A stretch of 64,000 nt of DNA from an uncultured virus (IMG/VR IMGVR_UViG_3300020727_000702) (Duplodnaviria > Heunggongvirae > Uroviricota > Caudoviricetes), in the IMG/VR virus record IMGVR_UViG_3300020727_000702. One strand, given 5' to 3'. Each line of letters starts with the position of its first letter. Position 1 is the stretch's first letter. The notes below the pieces were generated by a model, which searched no databases, was not told the origin of the DNA, and worked only from the letters and a program-made list of their open reading frames with translations. The translations under genes were made by a program, and so were the position numbers. This document shows positions 26,490 through 36,877 of this stretch, piece after piece.

Positions 26490-29400
26490 ATGGCAACGCA
26501 ACCTGTTTGGATTACTCCTGCTGGTAGTTTAGGAACTGTTCCAGAAGGCGCTTTTTATCAAGTGCCATTGCAAGTTACTGACTCTGTCACTATTGCCATA
26601 ACAAGTCTAGTTTCAAATGGAAATACAGTTACAGTTACGTACGGTGCTTTAACATCTATACCATTTCAACGCGGTGATACTGTTGTTGTAGCTTCAGTAA
26701 ATCCTTCAGCATACAACGGAAATTATACAGCAACGTCTAGTAGCCTTACACAAACAACATTTACCTGCTCAGTCACTGATGCTTGGATTGGTGGTGGAAC
26801 CGTATCCGATATTCCCAGCACAGTTTATTTTGAACCTGTAGCTGGCGCACTACCTTCAGGAATTGAATGTACTCTAGATGGCGTGATACAAGGTGTGCCA
26901 AATAATATTGTTACTGTTGCTGACGAAGTAGTCATAGCAGGGCGCAATGTTACTAGTAAATTTGCCATACGAGCTTATACCGAAACGGTAGTGAATAATA
27001 TTATAGTTGTTAACCGACTAGCGGATCGTACATTTACTATAACAGTTGCGGGTCAAAATGCTCCGCAGTGGATAACACCGCCTGGTCGTATTGGTGAGTA
27101 TTGGGACGGAGAATTATTAGAACCTGGGCTACAACTGCAATATGTCAACGACAATAACACAGGTGTGCCTCCAGCCATTAGTCTTGTGTCAGGAAGGTTA
27201 CCGCCCGGATTGACTTTAAGTTCAACTGGGTTGATATCAGGATACATTGGACTTAACCCTATTATATCGACAACTCCAGGATTTAGTAGAGCGGGGCAAG
27301 GGTTTTCAGTTTATCCTTTTGATTTCAATGCAGAAACTCAAAACGCCAATTATGAATTTGTTTTACGAGTAACCGATGGAAAAACTTCGGCTCTACAAAC
27401 TTTTTCAATGTTTGTTTGGAGTACCGCAACATTTACTGCTGACACTACATTGATTACTGCTGATGATTCATATTTAACAGCATCAATTGCCAATGTAAAT
27501 GTGCCAGTATTAAACAACATACAGGGAAGTATTGGCAGTGCTCCTAGTGATACATTCTTTGCTTATAAATTTACTGGTGAAGACATCAACGGAGATGAAA
27601 TTAGATATAGTGGACTCAATATTCCACCTGGATTATATTTAGACCCTGTCAGCGGCTGGCTATCAGGATACTTGCCCGGTATCGGTCTAACTGAAACTGT
27701 TTACAACTTTAAAATCCAAGTGTATATCTACGCAACACCTTCAGTTATCAGCGATCCTTATCAATATAGTTTGACGTCAATTGGTCCTATATCAACCGAA
27801 GTTATTTGGGTTACACCATCTAATTTGGGATCTATAGTTAATGGCGGAACTAGTTTATTTTATGTTGAAGCAACTACTACAGCCGGATTACCATTAGAAT
27901 ATCGATTAGAATCTGGATCGGATTCTACGTTGCCGCAAGGTTTGACACTTTTACCATCAGGAAATATAGTAGGACGAGTAAGTTTTAACATATTTACTTT
28001 AGACAGTGGCGCTACTACAATTGACAGAAATAGCACTACCTTTGATCTCACATATACATTTACGGTAAATGCTTATAGCGTTAATGGATATGTTAATGTG
28101 TTTAAATCTTTTACTATTAATGTTGTGCCTGTATATAACACACCCTATAACAATTTGTATATTGAATGTATGCCGCCCGTTCCAGACCGTCAACTTATTG
28201 GAAATTTGTTGCAAAATATTTCCATATTTACTCCATCATTAATATACAGACCTGATGACTACAATTTTGGCGTAAGCGACAACGTAATTTATTATCATGC
28301 GTATGGACTAAACGCTGTTAGTTTAAATTACTATATTGAGTCACTACAACTTAATCATTATTGGAAAAATTTGACATTGGGCAAAATTAAAACAGCACAA
28401 GCTGTAGATCCAGTTACCGGCAAAGTTATTTACGAAGTAGTGTATAGTGAAGTTATAGATAATTTAGTTAACAATAACGGAGTCAGTGTTGGCAAAGAGG
28501 TAGTACTACCATATGCTATTACTGAAACCATATCTTGGATTTGGGATCCTGCCAAAGTTGGTCCAAACATAATTTTAAGCAATAATAATTTAACTGCCGC
28601 CGCAAATAGCAGTGATAATGAGTACGATTCTGTGCTGGGAAATTATGCAATTACTCCTGGTACCAAAGTCATGTTTAGCTTAACACAAGAAGCTTGGGCA
28701 CCTGAGTTTGAATCCACTGGCATTGGCATTGGCAATGCGTCAACAAATATTCAAGCATGGGTTGGGTATGATAATAATTCTGGTGGATTTTACGATGATG
28801 GAACATATTGGACCAACGGCAATAATCTTATTAGTGGATATCCCGCATTTGAAATTAGTCCATTAATTATAGATGTGGCGGTTGACCGTGTAAACAATTT
28901 GATGTGGATAAGAGTTAATGGTGGACTTTGGAATAATAGTACAGTAGCAGACCCAGGTGCTGCTTTAGGTGGAGTTGATATCTCCAATATTGCCGGTGAT
29001 GTTTATCCTTGTTATACTCCTTATTATTATGCTGGTATAGGAAGTCAGGCAACTATAAATCCTTCCGCATTATACGGTGTGCCACTAGGTTATACATTTA
29101 TAGCCGTATCTACATCAACAGATGTAGTATATCCAAATGCTTTAACTAATATGCGTGATCAAGTTATTGATGTAGTGGGCCAAGAAAGTGATATGCTACC
29201 GTTGTGGATGCTATCTACCCAAAGTAATGGGCATATATTAGGATTTACTCCGGCTTGGGTTATAGCATATACAGTACCAGGAGCCAGTGGTCAAATACAA
29301 TATAATATAGAAACACAATTTGGTACTCAATTAAATCAAATTGATTTTGAAGCTGACCGTTATGAATTAGATAATGCCTTAACACAAAATTGGGACGCTG

Positions 29401-30083
29401 ATACACAACAATGGATTCCAACGCCTCCAACATCAACTACGTTTGACATAAATTATCATTATACTGTTTTTGTACAATCAGCAGGGACAGGATATAGAGT
29501 TGGGGATCGAATTAAAATTTTAGGTACCAGTTTAGGCGGAGCTAGCCCGTACAATGATGCCGTTATGACTGTGGATACAGTAAACAATGCGGGCGGGATT
29601 GTCAATGCGTTTTACGAAGGAACAGCTTCTGTATTAGCATATAATAATAGTTATACTAATATAGCAGGGATAAACATTACAGGCACAGGATCAGGAGCAC
29701 GTTGGGATTTAATAATTGTTCCAGGATTGGGTGCTACGATTCCTGCATATGTAGTTTGGAATAACGATAACAACCAACAATTAGGATGGTATAATAATTA
29801 TTTTGAAATTGTTAATTGGGGATCCAGTATTGGAACTACTGTATTTGATACACAATTTGACGGAGGCAGTTTAACCTTTACTGCCCCTGCTGATCGAGAT
29901 ACTAATACTAATGCCTATGACAAATATTTGTTATTCCCTAAAAAGAATATTTTACAAAGTTTACCACAAACTGGAGTTGGCCCTTACCCAGGCCCTGGCG
30001 TAGTTTATTGGATCAATGAATATAATGAACTTATATCATGGGTAAATAACCTAAATCAGCCAATACCTTGGGCACACACTTAA
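26490..30083 (+). CDS. Large virion structural protein with putative Ig (He_PIG-like) repeats and a SPRY-like insert
   Basis: Repeated PxWITPxGSLG..SGxLPxGLTL..G.ISG units; WDPAKVGPNIILSNNNLTA..IDVAVDRVNNLMWIRVNG segment. Confidence 0.7.
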   Translation: MATQPVWITPAGSLGTVPEGAFYQVPLQVTDSVTIAITSLVSNGNTVTVTYGALTSIPFQRGDTVVVASVNPSAYNGNYTATSSSLTQTTFTCSVTDAWIGGGTVSDIPSTVYFEPVAGALPSGIECTLDGVIQGVPNNIVTVADEVVIAGRNVTSKFAIRAYTETVVNNIIVVNRLADRTFTITVAGQNAPQWITPPGRIGEYWDGELLEPGLQLQYVNDNNTGVPPAISLVSGRLPPGLTLSSTGLISGYIGLNPIISTTPGFSRAGQGFSVYPFDFNAETQNANYEFVLRVTDGKTSALQTFSMFVWSTATFTADTTLITADDSYLTASIANVNVPVLNNIQGSIGSAPSDTFFAYKFTGEDINGDEIRYSGLNIPPGLYLDPVSGWLSGYLPGIGLTETVYNFKIQVYIYATPSVISDPYQYSLTSIGPISTEVIWVTPSNLGSIVNGGTSLFYVEATTTAGLPLEYRLESGSDSTLPQGLTLLPSGNIVGRVSFNIFTLDSGATTIDRNSTTFDLTYTFTVNAYSVNGYVNVFKSFTINVVPVYNTPYNNLYIECMPPVPDRQLIGNLLQNISIFTPSLIYRPDDYNFGVSDNVIYYHAYGLNAVSLNYYIESLQLNHYWKNLTLGKIKTAQAVDPVTGKVIYEVVYSEVIDNLVNNNGVSVGKEVVLPYAITETISWIWDPAKVGPNIILSNNNLTAAANSSDNEYDSVLGNYAITPGTKVMFSLTQEAWAPEFESTGIGIGNASTNIQAWVGYDNNSGGFYDDGTYWTNGNNLISGYPAFEISPLIIDVAVDRVNNLMWIRVNGGLWNNSTVADPGAALGGVDISNIAGDVYPCYTPYYYAGIGSQATINPSALYGVPLGYTFIAVSTSTDVVYPNALTNMRDQVIDVVGQESDMLPLWMLSTQSNGHILGFTPAWVIAYTVPGASGQIQYNIETQFGTQLNQIDFEADRYELDNALTQNWDADTQQWIPTPPTSTTFDINYHYTVFVQSAGTGYRVGDRIKILGTSLGGASPYNDAVMTVDTVNNAGGIVNAFYEGTASVLAYNNSYTNIAGINITGTGSGARWDLIIVPGLGATIPAYVVWNNDNNQQLGWYNNYFEIVNWGSSIGTTVFDTQFDGGSLTFTAPADRDTNTNAYDKYLLFPKKNILQSLPQTGVGPYPGPGVVYWINEYNELISWVNNLNQPIPWAHT

Positions 30084-30117
30084 ACATAAATATATTAAAC
30101 TATTTTAGGATAAAAAA

Positions 30118-31896
30118 ATGACGGTACCATATACTTTTGCCAATCAAACTGGTCCAATACCTTTAGCGGAACTTGACGCTAATTTTGCTGCAGTTCCCAA
30201 TTACGCTAATGCAGCTGGAAGGGTTGTAGAAAATTCGCAACCAAATATTACATCTGTTGGTACGCTGACATCAGTTACGTCAACTGGAAATATTACAGGA
30301 AATTATTTTATTGGAAACGGCAGTCATTTAACAGGGGTAATTGCGTCTGGAGGAACTATTGATTGGGCCAACATTGGTAATATTTCTAATCAAAATGGAC
30401 CAAGTTATATATGGATTGGCACAAATGCTGGTGACGTCTCTAACGTTGCTATTGATACTATTGCCATTGGAAATTCTGCTGGTAATAATTTTCAAGGTAC
30501 GAATGCTATATCACTTGGTTCATTTGCAGGGTCAAACACACAAGGGGTTTATTCAATAGCAGTAGGACGTCTTGCTGCCAGCACGGCACAAGGTGGAAAT
30601 TCTATTGCTATTGGACACTCCGCCGGTAATAATAATCAAGGTGCTAATGTAGTTTCCATTGGTTATTTGTCGGGTAATTTAAACTCGGGTGACGATAGTA
30701 TAGCCATAGGGACCCAGTCTGGGTACAACACTCAAGGTAACGGTGCCGTTGCAATTGGACGTTTTGCTGGGAATAACACACAAGGGGCTAATTCAGTAGC
30801 ACTAGGTCGTAACTCAGGCAACCTATTTCAAGGGAACGAAGCAGTAGCAATTGGACATAGCGCAGGTAACAATAATCAAGGATTTGGAGCAGTTGCTATT
30901 GGAGCATATGCTGGTAATAATTTTCAAGGGGCGAATTCTATTGCCATAGGAGCTTATGCTGGCTATCCAACAGTAGCCAATAATTCTATTATAATTAATG
31001 GATTAGACGTACCATTTGCCGCCACAAATGCAGGGCTATACATAGCGCCAATAAGAAATATTACGTTATCTAATATAAGTGTTTTACAATATAATTCAGT
31101 GGATTCAGAAATAGTAGCATCTAATTCTCTTGCTTTGTCAGGTAATGTAAGTGCTAATTATTTTATTGGAAACGGCAGTCAATTAACTGGCATTAGTGCT
31201 GGAAACGTTGTCGGGGCTTATGGAAATTCTAATGTAGCGGCATATATGCCAACATATAATGGAGCGTTGGGATCAGTTAGTACTGTTACAGCAACTGGCA
31301 ATATAGTTGGTTCAACTATATTATCTACAGGAGTTGTTAGTGCTAACGGAAATGTTCGCGGTGGAAATATTAACACAACCGGATTAATAACTGCTACTGG
31401 CAACGTAACTGGTGGTAACATAACCACTGTGGGTCTCGTAACAGCTACTGGCAATATCGCTGGTAGCTATTTTATTGGAAACGGAGCATTTTTAACTGGG
31501 GTTTCTAATGTTGGAATGGCCAGTAGAACTCAAATTACAATTACTACACCTAGTTTAGCTGCCAATGCTGCCGCAAATATTATTGTAAATGGATTCAAAG
31601 GATATGCTCTTTACAGCATACAATCAAATGCTGGCGCTTGGGTTACTGTGTATACCTCAAATGCGGCGGCAGTTTCAGATTATACACGCACTATAAACAC
31701 TGATCCTACCCCAGGATCAGGAGTAATAGCCGAAGCCGTCAGCAACGTTGCTGCCACAACAAACTTTACTCCCGGAGTTCTTGGATTTAATCTTGAATCC
31801 CCTCCAACTACGGCCATTCCCATAAAAGTAGTTAATAATGATAGCGTAACTGGAAATATATCAGTAACATTTACTTTATTACAGACTGAACAGTGA
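30118..31896 (+). CDS. Tail fibre protein with YadA-like head repeats
   Basis: About 13 14-aa QGxxAIAIGxxAG repeats; TGNITGN repeats; TAAATA upstream. Confidence 0.75.
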   Translation: MTVPYTFANQTGPIPLAELDANFAAVPNYANAAGRVVENSQPNITSVGTLTSVTSTGNITGNYFIGNGSHLTGVIASGGTIDWANIGNISNQNGPSYIWIGTNAGDVSNVAIDTIAIGNSAGNNFQGTNAISLGSFAGSNTQGVYSIAVGRLAASTAQGGNSIAIGHSAGNNNQGANVVSIGYLSGNLNSGDDSIAIGTQSGYNTQGNGAVAIGRFAGNNTQGANSVALGRNSGNLFQGNEAVAIGHSAGNNNQGFGAVAIGAYAGNNFQGANSIAIGAYAGYPTVANNSIIINGLDVPFAATNAGLYIAPIRNITLSNISVLQYNSVDSEIVASNSLALSGNVSANYFIGNGSQLTGISAGNVVGAYGNSNVAAYMPTYNGALGSVSTVTATGNIVGSTILSTGVVSANGNVRGGNINTTGLITATGNVTGGNITTVGLVTATGNIAGSYFIGNGAFLTGVSNVGMASRTQITITTPSLAANAAANIIVNGFKGYALYSIQSNAGAWVTVYTSNAAAVSDYTRTINTDPTPGSGVIAEAVSNVAATTNFTPGVLGFNLESPPTTAIPIKVVNNDSVTGNISVTFTLLQTEQ

Positions 31897-32071
31897 TATG
31901 TCTTTATTGACTGATCTTAATACCCCAATAATGATCAGTGTATATCTTAAAAGAGATACACATGATACAAGACCTTCTACGGGGCAAACTTTCCCCAGAG
32001 TAAACAACTTTTATTAATTTTGTTTAGATACTAAAATAACTAAATACAGCAACAACTAGGAACAGTAAAAA

Positions 32072-32950
32072 ATGACTTCACAAATTAACCCGAATAACAT
32101 TAATGGCGCTTACCCAGTAGCTGGTCAGGACAATAATTCGCAAGGTTTTCGTGATAATTTCACGAACACTTCAACAAATTTTCAATACGCTGCAAATGAA
32201 ATTACTGATTTGCAAAACAAAGCTATTGTAAACGCTCAATTGACAGGCGGTAGCGCATTGACTACACAAAATAACATGTTAAATTCGCCGTTGCTTAATG
32301 CCTTAATTAGTGATTTTGCCGCTACTACTGTAAATTTGGGAGTGTTGTCAGGTACTGTTACAATTAACTATGTTTCAGGGCATTATCAAACTGTTACTAC
32401 TGGGGCCAGTTTAACTTTAGGTTTTACTAATTTCCCCATCGCAGGCCAAATGGGATTGGTAACTGTACAAATTACCGTAACTGACATTGCTTATACTGTA
32501 ACTTTCCCCACTGCCGTAAGTGTTAATACAACAGGTGTTCAAGGATTAGATCCTGCCACAAACATAATGGAATTTGCGGCTACAGGAGTTTATACATTTA
32601 CATTTGTAACTTCCGATGGCGGAACTACTGTTACACTTTCACAAGCCAACCAATCGCTAACACCATTTAATGCCAGTAGTGAAAGTTTAGCTAGTGCCGG
32701 AGCTGCAAACTTGGCTGTTACCACAAGTTATTTTACCACAGCTGGTACAGCTACACTAGCCAATGGTGTTGAAGGACAAATCAAAGTGTTTACACAAACT
32801 TTTGCAGGTTCAATGGTAGTTACTGTTGCCACCCCAGGATGGGGCGGAGCCGGTCACATTACTTTAGGTTCAACTGGAACTGGTTGTACACTTCAATATA
32901 CCAATTCAGCTTGGTGGTGTATTGGCAACAATGGTTGTGTGTTTGCCTAA
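32072..32950 (+). CDS. Virion structural protein
   Basis: YPVAGQDNNSQGFRDNF N-terminus; T/G-rich; CTAAATA upstream. Confidence 0.65.
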   Translation: MTSQINPNNINGAYPVAGQDNNSQGFRDNFTNTSTNFQYAANEITDLQNKAIVNAQLTGGSALTTQNNMLNSPLLNALISDFAATTVNLGVLSGTVTINYVSGHYQTVTTGASLTLGFTNFPIAGQMGLVTVQITVTDIAYTVTFPTAVSVNTTGVQGLDPATNIMEFAATGVYTFTFVTSDGGTTVTLSQANQSLTPFNASSESLASAGAANLAVTTSYFTTAGTATLANGVEGQIKVFTQTFAGSMVVTVATPGWGGAGHITLGSTGTGCTLQYTNSAWWCIGNNGCVFA

Positions 32951-32959
32951 TCAAAACTA

Positions 32960-32988
32960 TTGATTTACTGACAAAAATCCTATACAAT
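32960..32988 (+). promoter_or_regulatory. Sigma70-type promoter
   Basis: TTGATT-N17-TACAAT; ATG 7 nt downstream. Confidence 0.55.
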
Positions 32989-32994
32989 TAGGAT

Positions 32995-33228
32995 ATGGAC
33001 TACCCCGAACACCCACTAATTCCTAGCCTTGATGCTCTCACTACCGAAGAGCTCAGTGAAAAAATCACTGAATTAAATAAAAAACTTGCAATTGCTTATC
33101 GTATTGGCAATAATGATTTATGTAATCAATTGCGTATGTCATTGAACACTTATCAAACCAAATACACACAAAAAATGCGTACCGATCAAACCGGTACCGA
33201 TTTTAATGGAATCATAGATATTTCATGA
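32995..33228 (+). CDS. Hypothetical protein
   Basis: ORF track. Confidence 0.6.
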   Translation: MDYPEHPLIPSLDALTTEELSEKITELNKKLAIAYRIGNNDLCNQLRMSLNTYQTKYTQKMRTDQTGTDFNGIIDIS

Positions 33229-33842
33229 ATGTGAGAATACAATTCCCTGTAAACTTTACAGCAGGCATTTTTTATAATGGAAAAATGCAAATGAACAATT
33301 ACACAGCTAAAATTTACATGATGACTAATACTCCAGATGGAGATGCCAACAATGTAGCATTTGAACGTGTAAAGCATTTTATCTACAATGAACTTGATAG
33401 TTCTATTTTTATTAGCAGTGAGTATGAAGAGCAATGTAAAAAATATTTAGAAGCTGGAATTAAAATTACTACGTTTCCCGGAGATCCTGTAGACCAACTA
33501 GTGGGTATTATGCTGCATTTTAAATTATCTGCCATTGCGGAAGAACGACTCCTTGTTGGCGAGGTGGAATTAAGCAGCGTACTTGGTGATGGATTGATTT
33601 ATGTACACAGTGAAATTGAAAATATAAATGATGTAGAAGTACCTGAATGGTGGGATACTGTGGATTTGGTACATTGTGACACGGACTTGATTGATTCCGA
33701 TAAAATTGTTACAATGCATCACAGTAGCGTTTGGCGTGAATTAGACCTACAATGGCCCGATATCAAAGACGTTGCCATTGATAAAGAGGAAGAAAACACA
33801 GTGGTATTTGCTGATTTTAAACGAAAAGATGAAACAGAATAA
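33225..33842 (+). CDS. Hypothetical protein
   Basis: ATGA-coupled ORF. Confidence 0.65.
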   Translation: MNVRIQFPVNFTAGIFYNGKMQMNNYTAKIYMMTNTPDGDANNVAFERVKHFIYNELDSSIFISSEYEEQCKKYLEAGIKITTFPGDPVDQLVGIMLHFKLSAIAEERLLVGEVELSSVLGDGLIYVHSEIENINDVEVPEWWDTVDLVHCDTDLIDSDKIVTMHHSSVWRELDLQWPDIKDVAIDKEEENTVVFADFKRKDETE

Positions 33843-34347
33843 TTACGGTGAAATGATTTTTGACAACAACGATGTAGCTGATTTGCTTATGCAAGGTCGT
33901 GAAGTTGAATCATTAAATGGCATGTTAGTAGACAGCACAGTTAATATTGAAAAAATAGTTGAATTTGTAGAAGACTTTCCCAACAAATTCGTTTATTATA
34001 ATTATGTTGATGATGCACTTATTCCAGAATGGGATCATGTACAACAACAAAACTGGCATATGCCACAAGCGTACAAAGATTTAGACATTGCCGAATATAT
34101 TTTGTCTTTATGTAGTAATGAAACAGAGTTACAAAGATGCGCTGAAGAATTGCTATTATATCAGGAACGTGATTTATTCAATTTACTCAAATATTTGAAG
34201 TATTTGGTAGATTTAATGACCAAAAATCATGTAATTTGGGGAGTTGGTCGCGGTAGCTCCACAGCTTCATATGTACTTTATAAATTAGGCGTACATAAAA
34301 TTGACTCAATTTTTTACAAATTAAATATCAACGAATTTTTACGTTAA
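33829..34347 (+). CDS. Stand-alone DNA polymerase III alpha (DnaE) fragment
   Basis: RCAEEL..LKYLVD..WGVGRGSSTASYVLYKLGVHKID matches the DnaE GxGRGS region. Confidence 0.75.
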   Translation: MKQNNYGEMIFDNNDVADLLMQGREVESLNGMLVDSTVNIEKIVEFVEDFPNKFVYYNYVDDALIPEWDHVQQQNWHMPQAYKDLDIAEYILSLCSNETELQRCAEELLLYQERDLFNLLKYLKYLVDLMTKNHVIWGVGRGSSTASYVLYKLGVHKIDSIFYKLNINEFLR

Positions 34348-34374
34348 ATACAACGAGAATTTAGGAGAAAGATT

Positions 34375-34764
34375 ATGACACAAAAAATTTACAAAAGTTC
34401 CAGAGGTAAAACAATTGATATGGGCGCTCTACGTCTTCAAAATGAACACGTTCGTGCTGTTGGTAATATGAGTGTTAATGCCCGCGGAGATCGTATTGAC
34501 GCCCAAGGCAAAGTAATAGATTCAAAAAGTCAGCAAGTAACACGACGTATTCAACGTCAAACTAATGTAACCGAAGGACCGGTACATACAAGCAGTCGCG
34601 ATGCTGCCGCACATCAACCTGCTCCTACAGTAGTAAAAGCTCCTGTTGCTCCTGTAGTAGAAAATATTCCCGTTGAATCGGTCTCTGATTCAACGGATCC
34701 TAAAGAAACTGGCGGCTTGGCTGGTGCCATTGCTCGTTCCAAAAAACAAAAAGAAACAAAATGA
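34375..34764 (+). CDS. Hypothetical protein
   Basis: CTAAATA-like promoter and AGGAG SD; RAVGNMSVNARGD. Confidence 0.65.
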   Translation: MTQKIYKSSRGKTIDMGALRLQNEHVRAVGNMSVNARGDRIDAQGKVIDSKSQQVTRRIQRQTNVTEGPVHTSSRDAAAHQPAPTVVKAPVAPVVENIPVESVSDSTDPKETGGLAGAIARSKKQKETK

Positions 34765-35156
34765 AACCAGCATTTTCACCACACAAGTTACGCAAGGAAC
34801 AAATTGTAGCAGTAAAAGATCATATCCTAGTTTCAGATATGGCATTCGATGTGCGTATTACTAACGGTGGTATTTGGTTGCCAAACGATAACGGCAAAGG
34901 ACATGGTATTCGCCCACGATGGGGTCGCGTTTATGCCGTGGGTCCTAAACAACAAGATGTAAAAGTTGGGCAATGGATTCTAGTTGAACATGGGCGTTGG
35001 ACTCGTGGCTTGGAAATCGAAGATGAAACGGGCGAGCGTACAATTCGCAAGGTTGATCCAAAATGTATTATGATGGTGTCCGATGAAAAAGAATGCCCAG
35101 ACGTTGAAGGCATCTCTAGTGCGGTACACATCGAAAAACAAGAAATGCCAACTTAA
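34761..35156 (+). CDS. groES: GroES-like co-chaperonin
   Basis: KDHILV..RITNGGIWLP..WGRVYAVGP..VKVGQWILV. Confidence 0.75.
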   Translation: MKPAFSPHKLRKEQIVAVKDHILVSDMAFDVRITNGGIWLPNDNGKGHGIRPRWGRVYAVGPKQQDVKVGQWILVEHGRWTRGLEIEDETGERTIRKVDPKCIMMVSDEKECPDVEGISSAVHIEKQEMPT

Positions 35157-35202
35157 CCAAAGTTTATTGTAAAATAGGGTATTAGACAATATAATATACT
35201 TT

Positions 35203-35469
35203 ATGAAACAAGAAAAATGTACAGCTTGTGGGCAATTTCCAAAAATTAATTGTAATTGGAAACAAGGTCGATGCCCACATTTGCCACCATTAATTAAAGG
35301 AACTGTTATGAATCATAGAAATATTAGCCTCATTAAAAGTGTATTTAGAATTGTGGCTGGTCTAGCACTTGCTGGCGGTGGGTGGCTAGAAATGAATCCA
35401 TATATTCAAGCGGCTGGGTACATACTAGTGTTTGCTGAAATTTTAGGAATTGCCGAGGAATTGGTTTAA
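35203..35469 (+). CDS. Small membrane protein (start may be 35308)
   Basis: HRNISLIKSVFRI..AEILGIAEELV. Confidence 0.5.
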   Translation: MKQEKCTACGQFPKINCNWKQGRCPHLPPLIKGTVMNHRNISLIKSVFRIVAGLALAGGGWLEMNPYIQAAGYILVFAEILGIAEELV

Positions 35470-35616
35470 TGGCTTTAGGTGGTGATGGCGGCAAAGGTCA
35501 TGGGCGCAGACCACAGCTTGCGCCAAATGACGTAGTTGAATCAAACTGGGAAAAAATATTTGGAACTAAAAAGCCCGACCCTAATAATAAAAAACAACCG
35601 CATAAGGAAAATATAA

Positions 35617-36537
35617 ATGCAATCCCTTTGGACAGAAAAATTTAGACCTAATACCACAGAAGGTTATGTGTTTACAGACGAAAGTCAACGGCAACAAGTT
35701 TTAGCATGGATTAAACAAGGTAGTATTCCTCACTTGTTATTATCCGGCAGTCCTGGCACAGGCAAAACTACATTAGCCAAACTTCTAATCAACGAGTTAG
35801 GTGTAGATGAATATGATGTTATGTCTGCTAATGGATCTAAAGATGCTCGCAAAGTTGAATGGATTGACAAACTAATTGGATTTTGTAGTACTATGCCATT
35901 TGGTAAGTTTAAAGTGGTACTAATTGATGAAGCTGACTATATGAATATTAATTCTGTACAGCCAGCACTTCGTAACTTAATGGAAGACTATGCTGAATCA
36001 GTTCGTTTTATATTAACTTGTAATTATCCCAACAAAATTATGCCGGCCATACATAGTCGTTGTCAAGGTTTCCATATTGAAAAAACAGATATTACAGAGT
36101 TTACTGCTCGTGTAGCAACTGTATTAGTGACTGAGGAAGTTGAATTTGATTTAGACACACTAGATTCTTATGTGCGTGCCACTTACCCAGACTTGCGCAA
36201 ATGTTTAAATTTAGTACAACCCAATAGCATGACCGGCACTTTAGTTAAACCAGGCGACAATGATCAGTCAGTTAAAGATTGGAAGCTAGACGCTGTAGCA
36301 TTATTTAAAGCTGGTAAAATTATAGAAGCTAGGAAACTGATGTGTAGTCAAGCAAGTACTGAAGACATGGATTCCATGTTTAGATGGATGTACGATAATT
36401 TGGATTTGTGGAGCACGGATACGCACAAGCAAGATCAAGCAATTATAATCATACGCAATGGTCTAATAAATGTGCCTCTAGTCAGTGATCAAGAAATTAA
36501 TATTTCGGCAACACTTACGGAATTATGCCAACTATGA
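35617..36537 (+). CDS. Sliding clamp loader AAA+ subunit (T4 gp44/RFC-like)
   Basis: LWTEKFRP, GSPGTGKTT, IDEAD, FILTCNY, SRC and PDLR motifs. Confidence 0.92.
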   Translation: MQSLWTEKFRPNTTEGYVFTDESQRQQVLAWIKQGSIPHLLLSGSPGTGKTTLAKLLINELGVDEYDVMSANGSKDARKVEWIDKLIGFCSTMPFGKFKVVLIDEADYMNINSVQPALRNLMEDYAESVRFILTCNYPNKIMPAIHSRCQGFHIEKTDITEFTARVATVLVTEEVEFDLDTLDSYVRATYPDLRKCLNLVQPNSMTGTLVKPGDNDQSVKDWKLDAVALFKAGKIIEARKLMCSQASTEDMDSMFRWMYDNLDLWSTDTHKQDQAIIIIRNGLINVPLVSDQEINISATLTELCQL

Positions 36538-36824
36538 GATATTTGTTTTTAACATACTATACGCAAGCTTCGGGTAAAATTGACGAAGCCATGACTGTGT
36601 CTAATAAAATTCGCACTCGAGACTGGCAAACAGTCAACGTTATATTAGATTTCAAGGAACAAAAAGTTATTAAAGCAGGAGTTAAAGATACTAGTATACC
36701 AAAAGATTGGGATCGTATTGTAGGATACTATTATCCTTTTTACACTAAAATCTTTGAACGATTGTTTGAAGAAAACGGCCATGCCCTTAGTATTAAAGCA
36801 GATGCGCCTACAACAGAAAGTTAG
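36534..36824 (+). CDS. Hypothetical protein
   Basis: ATGA-coupled to the clamp loader. Confidence 0.6.
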   Translation: MRYLFLTYYTQASGKIDEAMTVSNKIRTRDWQTVNVILDFKEQKVIKAGVKDTSIPKDWDRIVGYYYPFYTKIFERLFEENGHALSIKADAPTTES

Positions 36825-36842
36825 TAAACACTAACATATCGT

Positions 36843-36871
36843 TTGACTTTTAATTCATTTTACATTATAAT
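36843..36871 (+). promoter_or_regulatory. Sigma70-type promoter
   Basis: TTGACT-N17-TATAAT; ATG 7 nt downstream. Confidence 0.7.
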
Positions 36872-36877
36872 AGTAAT

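Noticed and set aside
30118..31896. Bacterial trimeric autotransporter adhesin
   Set aside because: Has YadA-like head repeats but no signal peptide or beta-barrel anchor; context is phage structural genes
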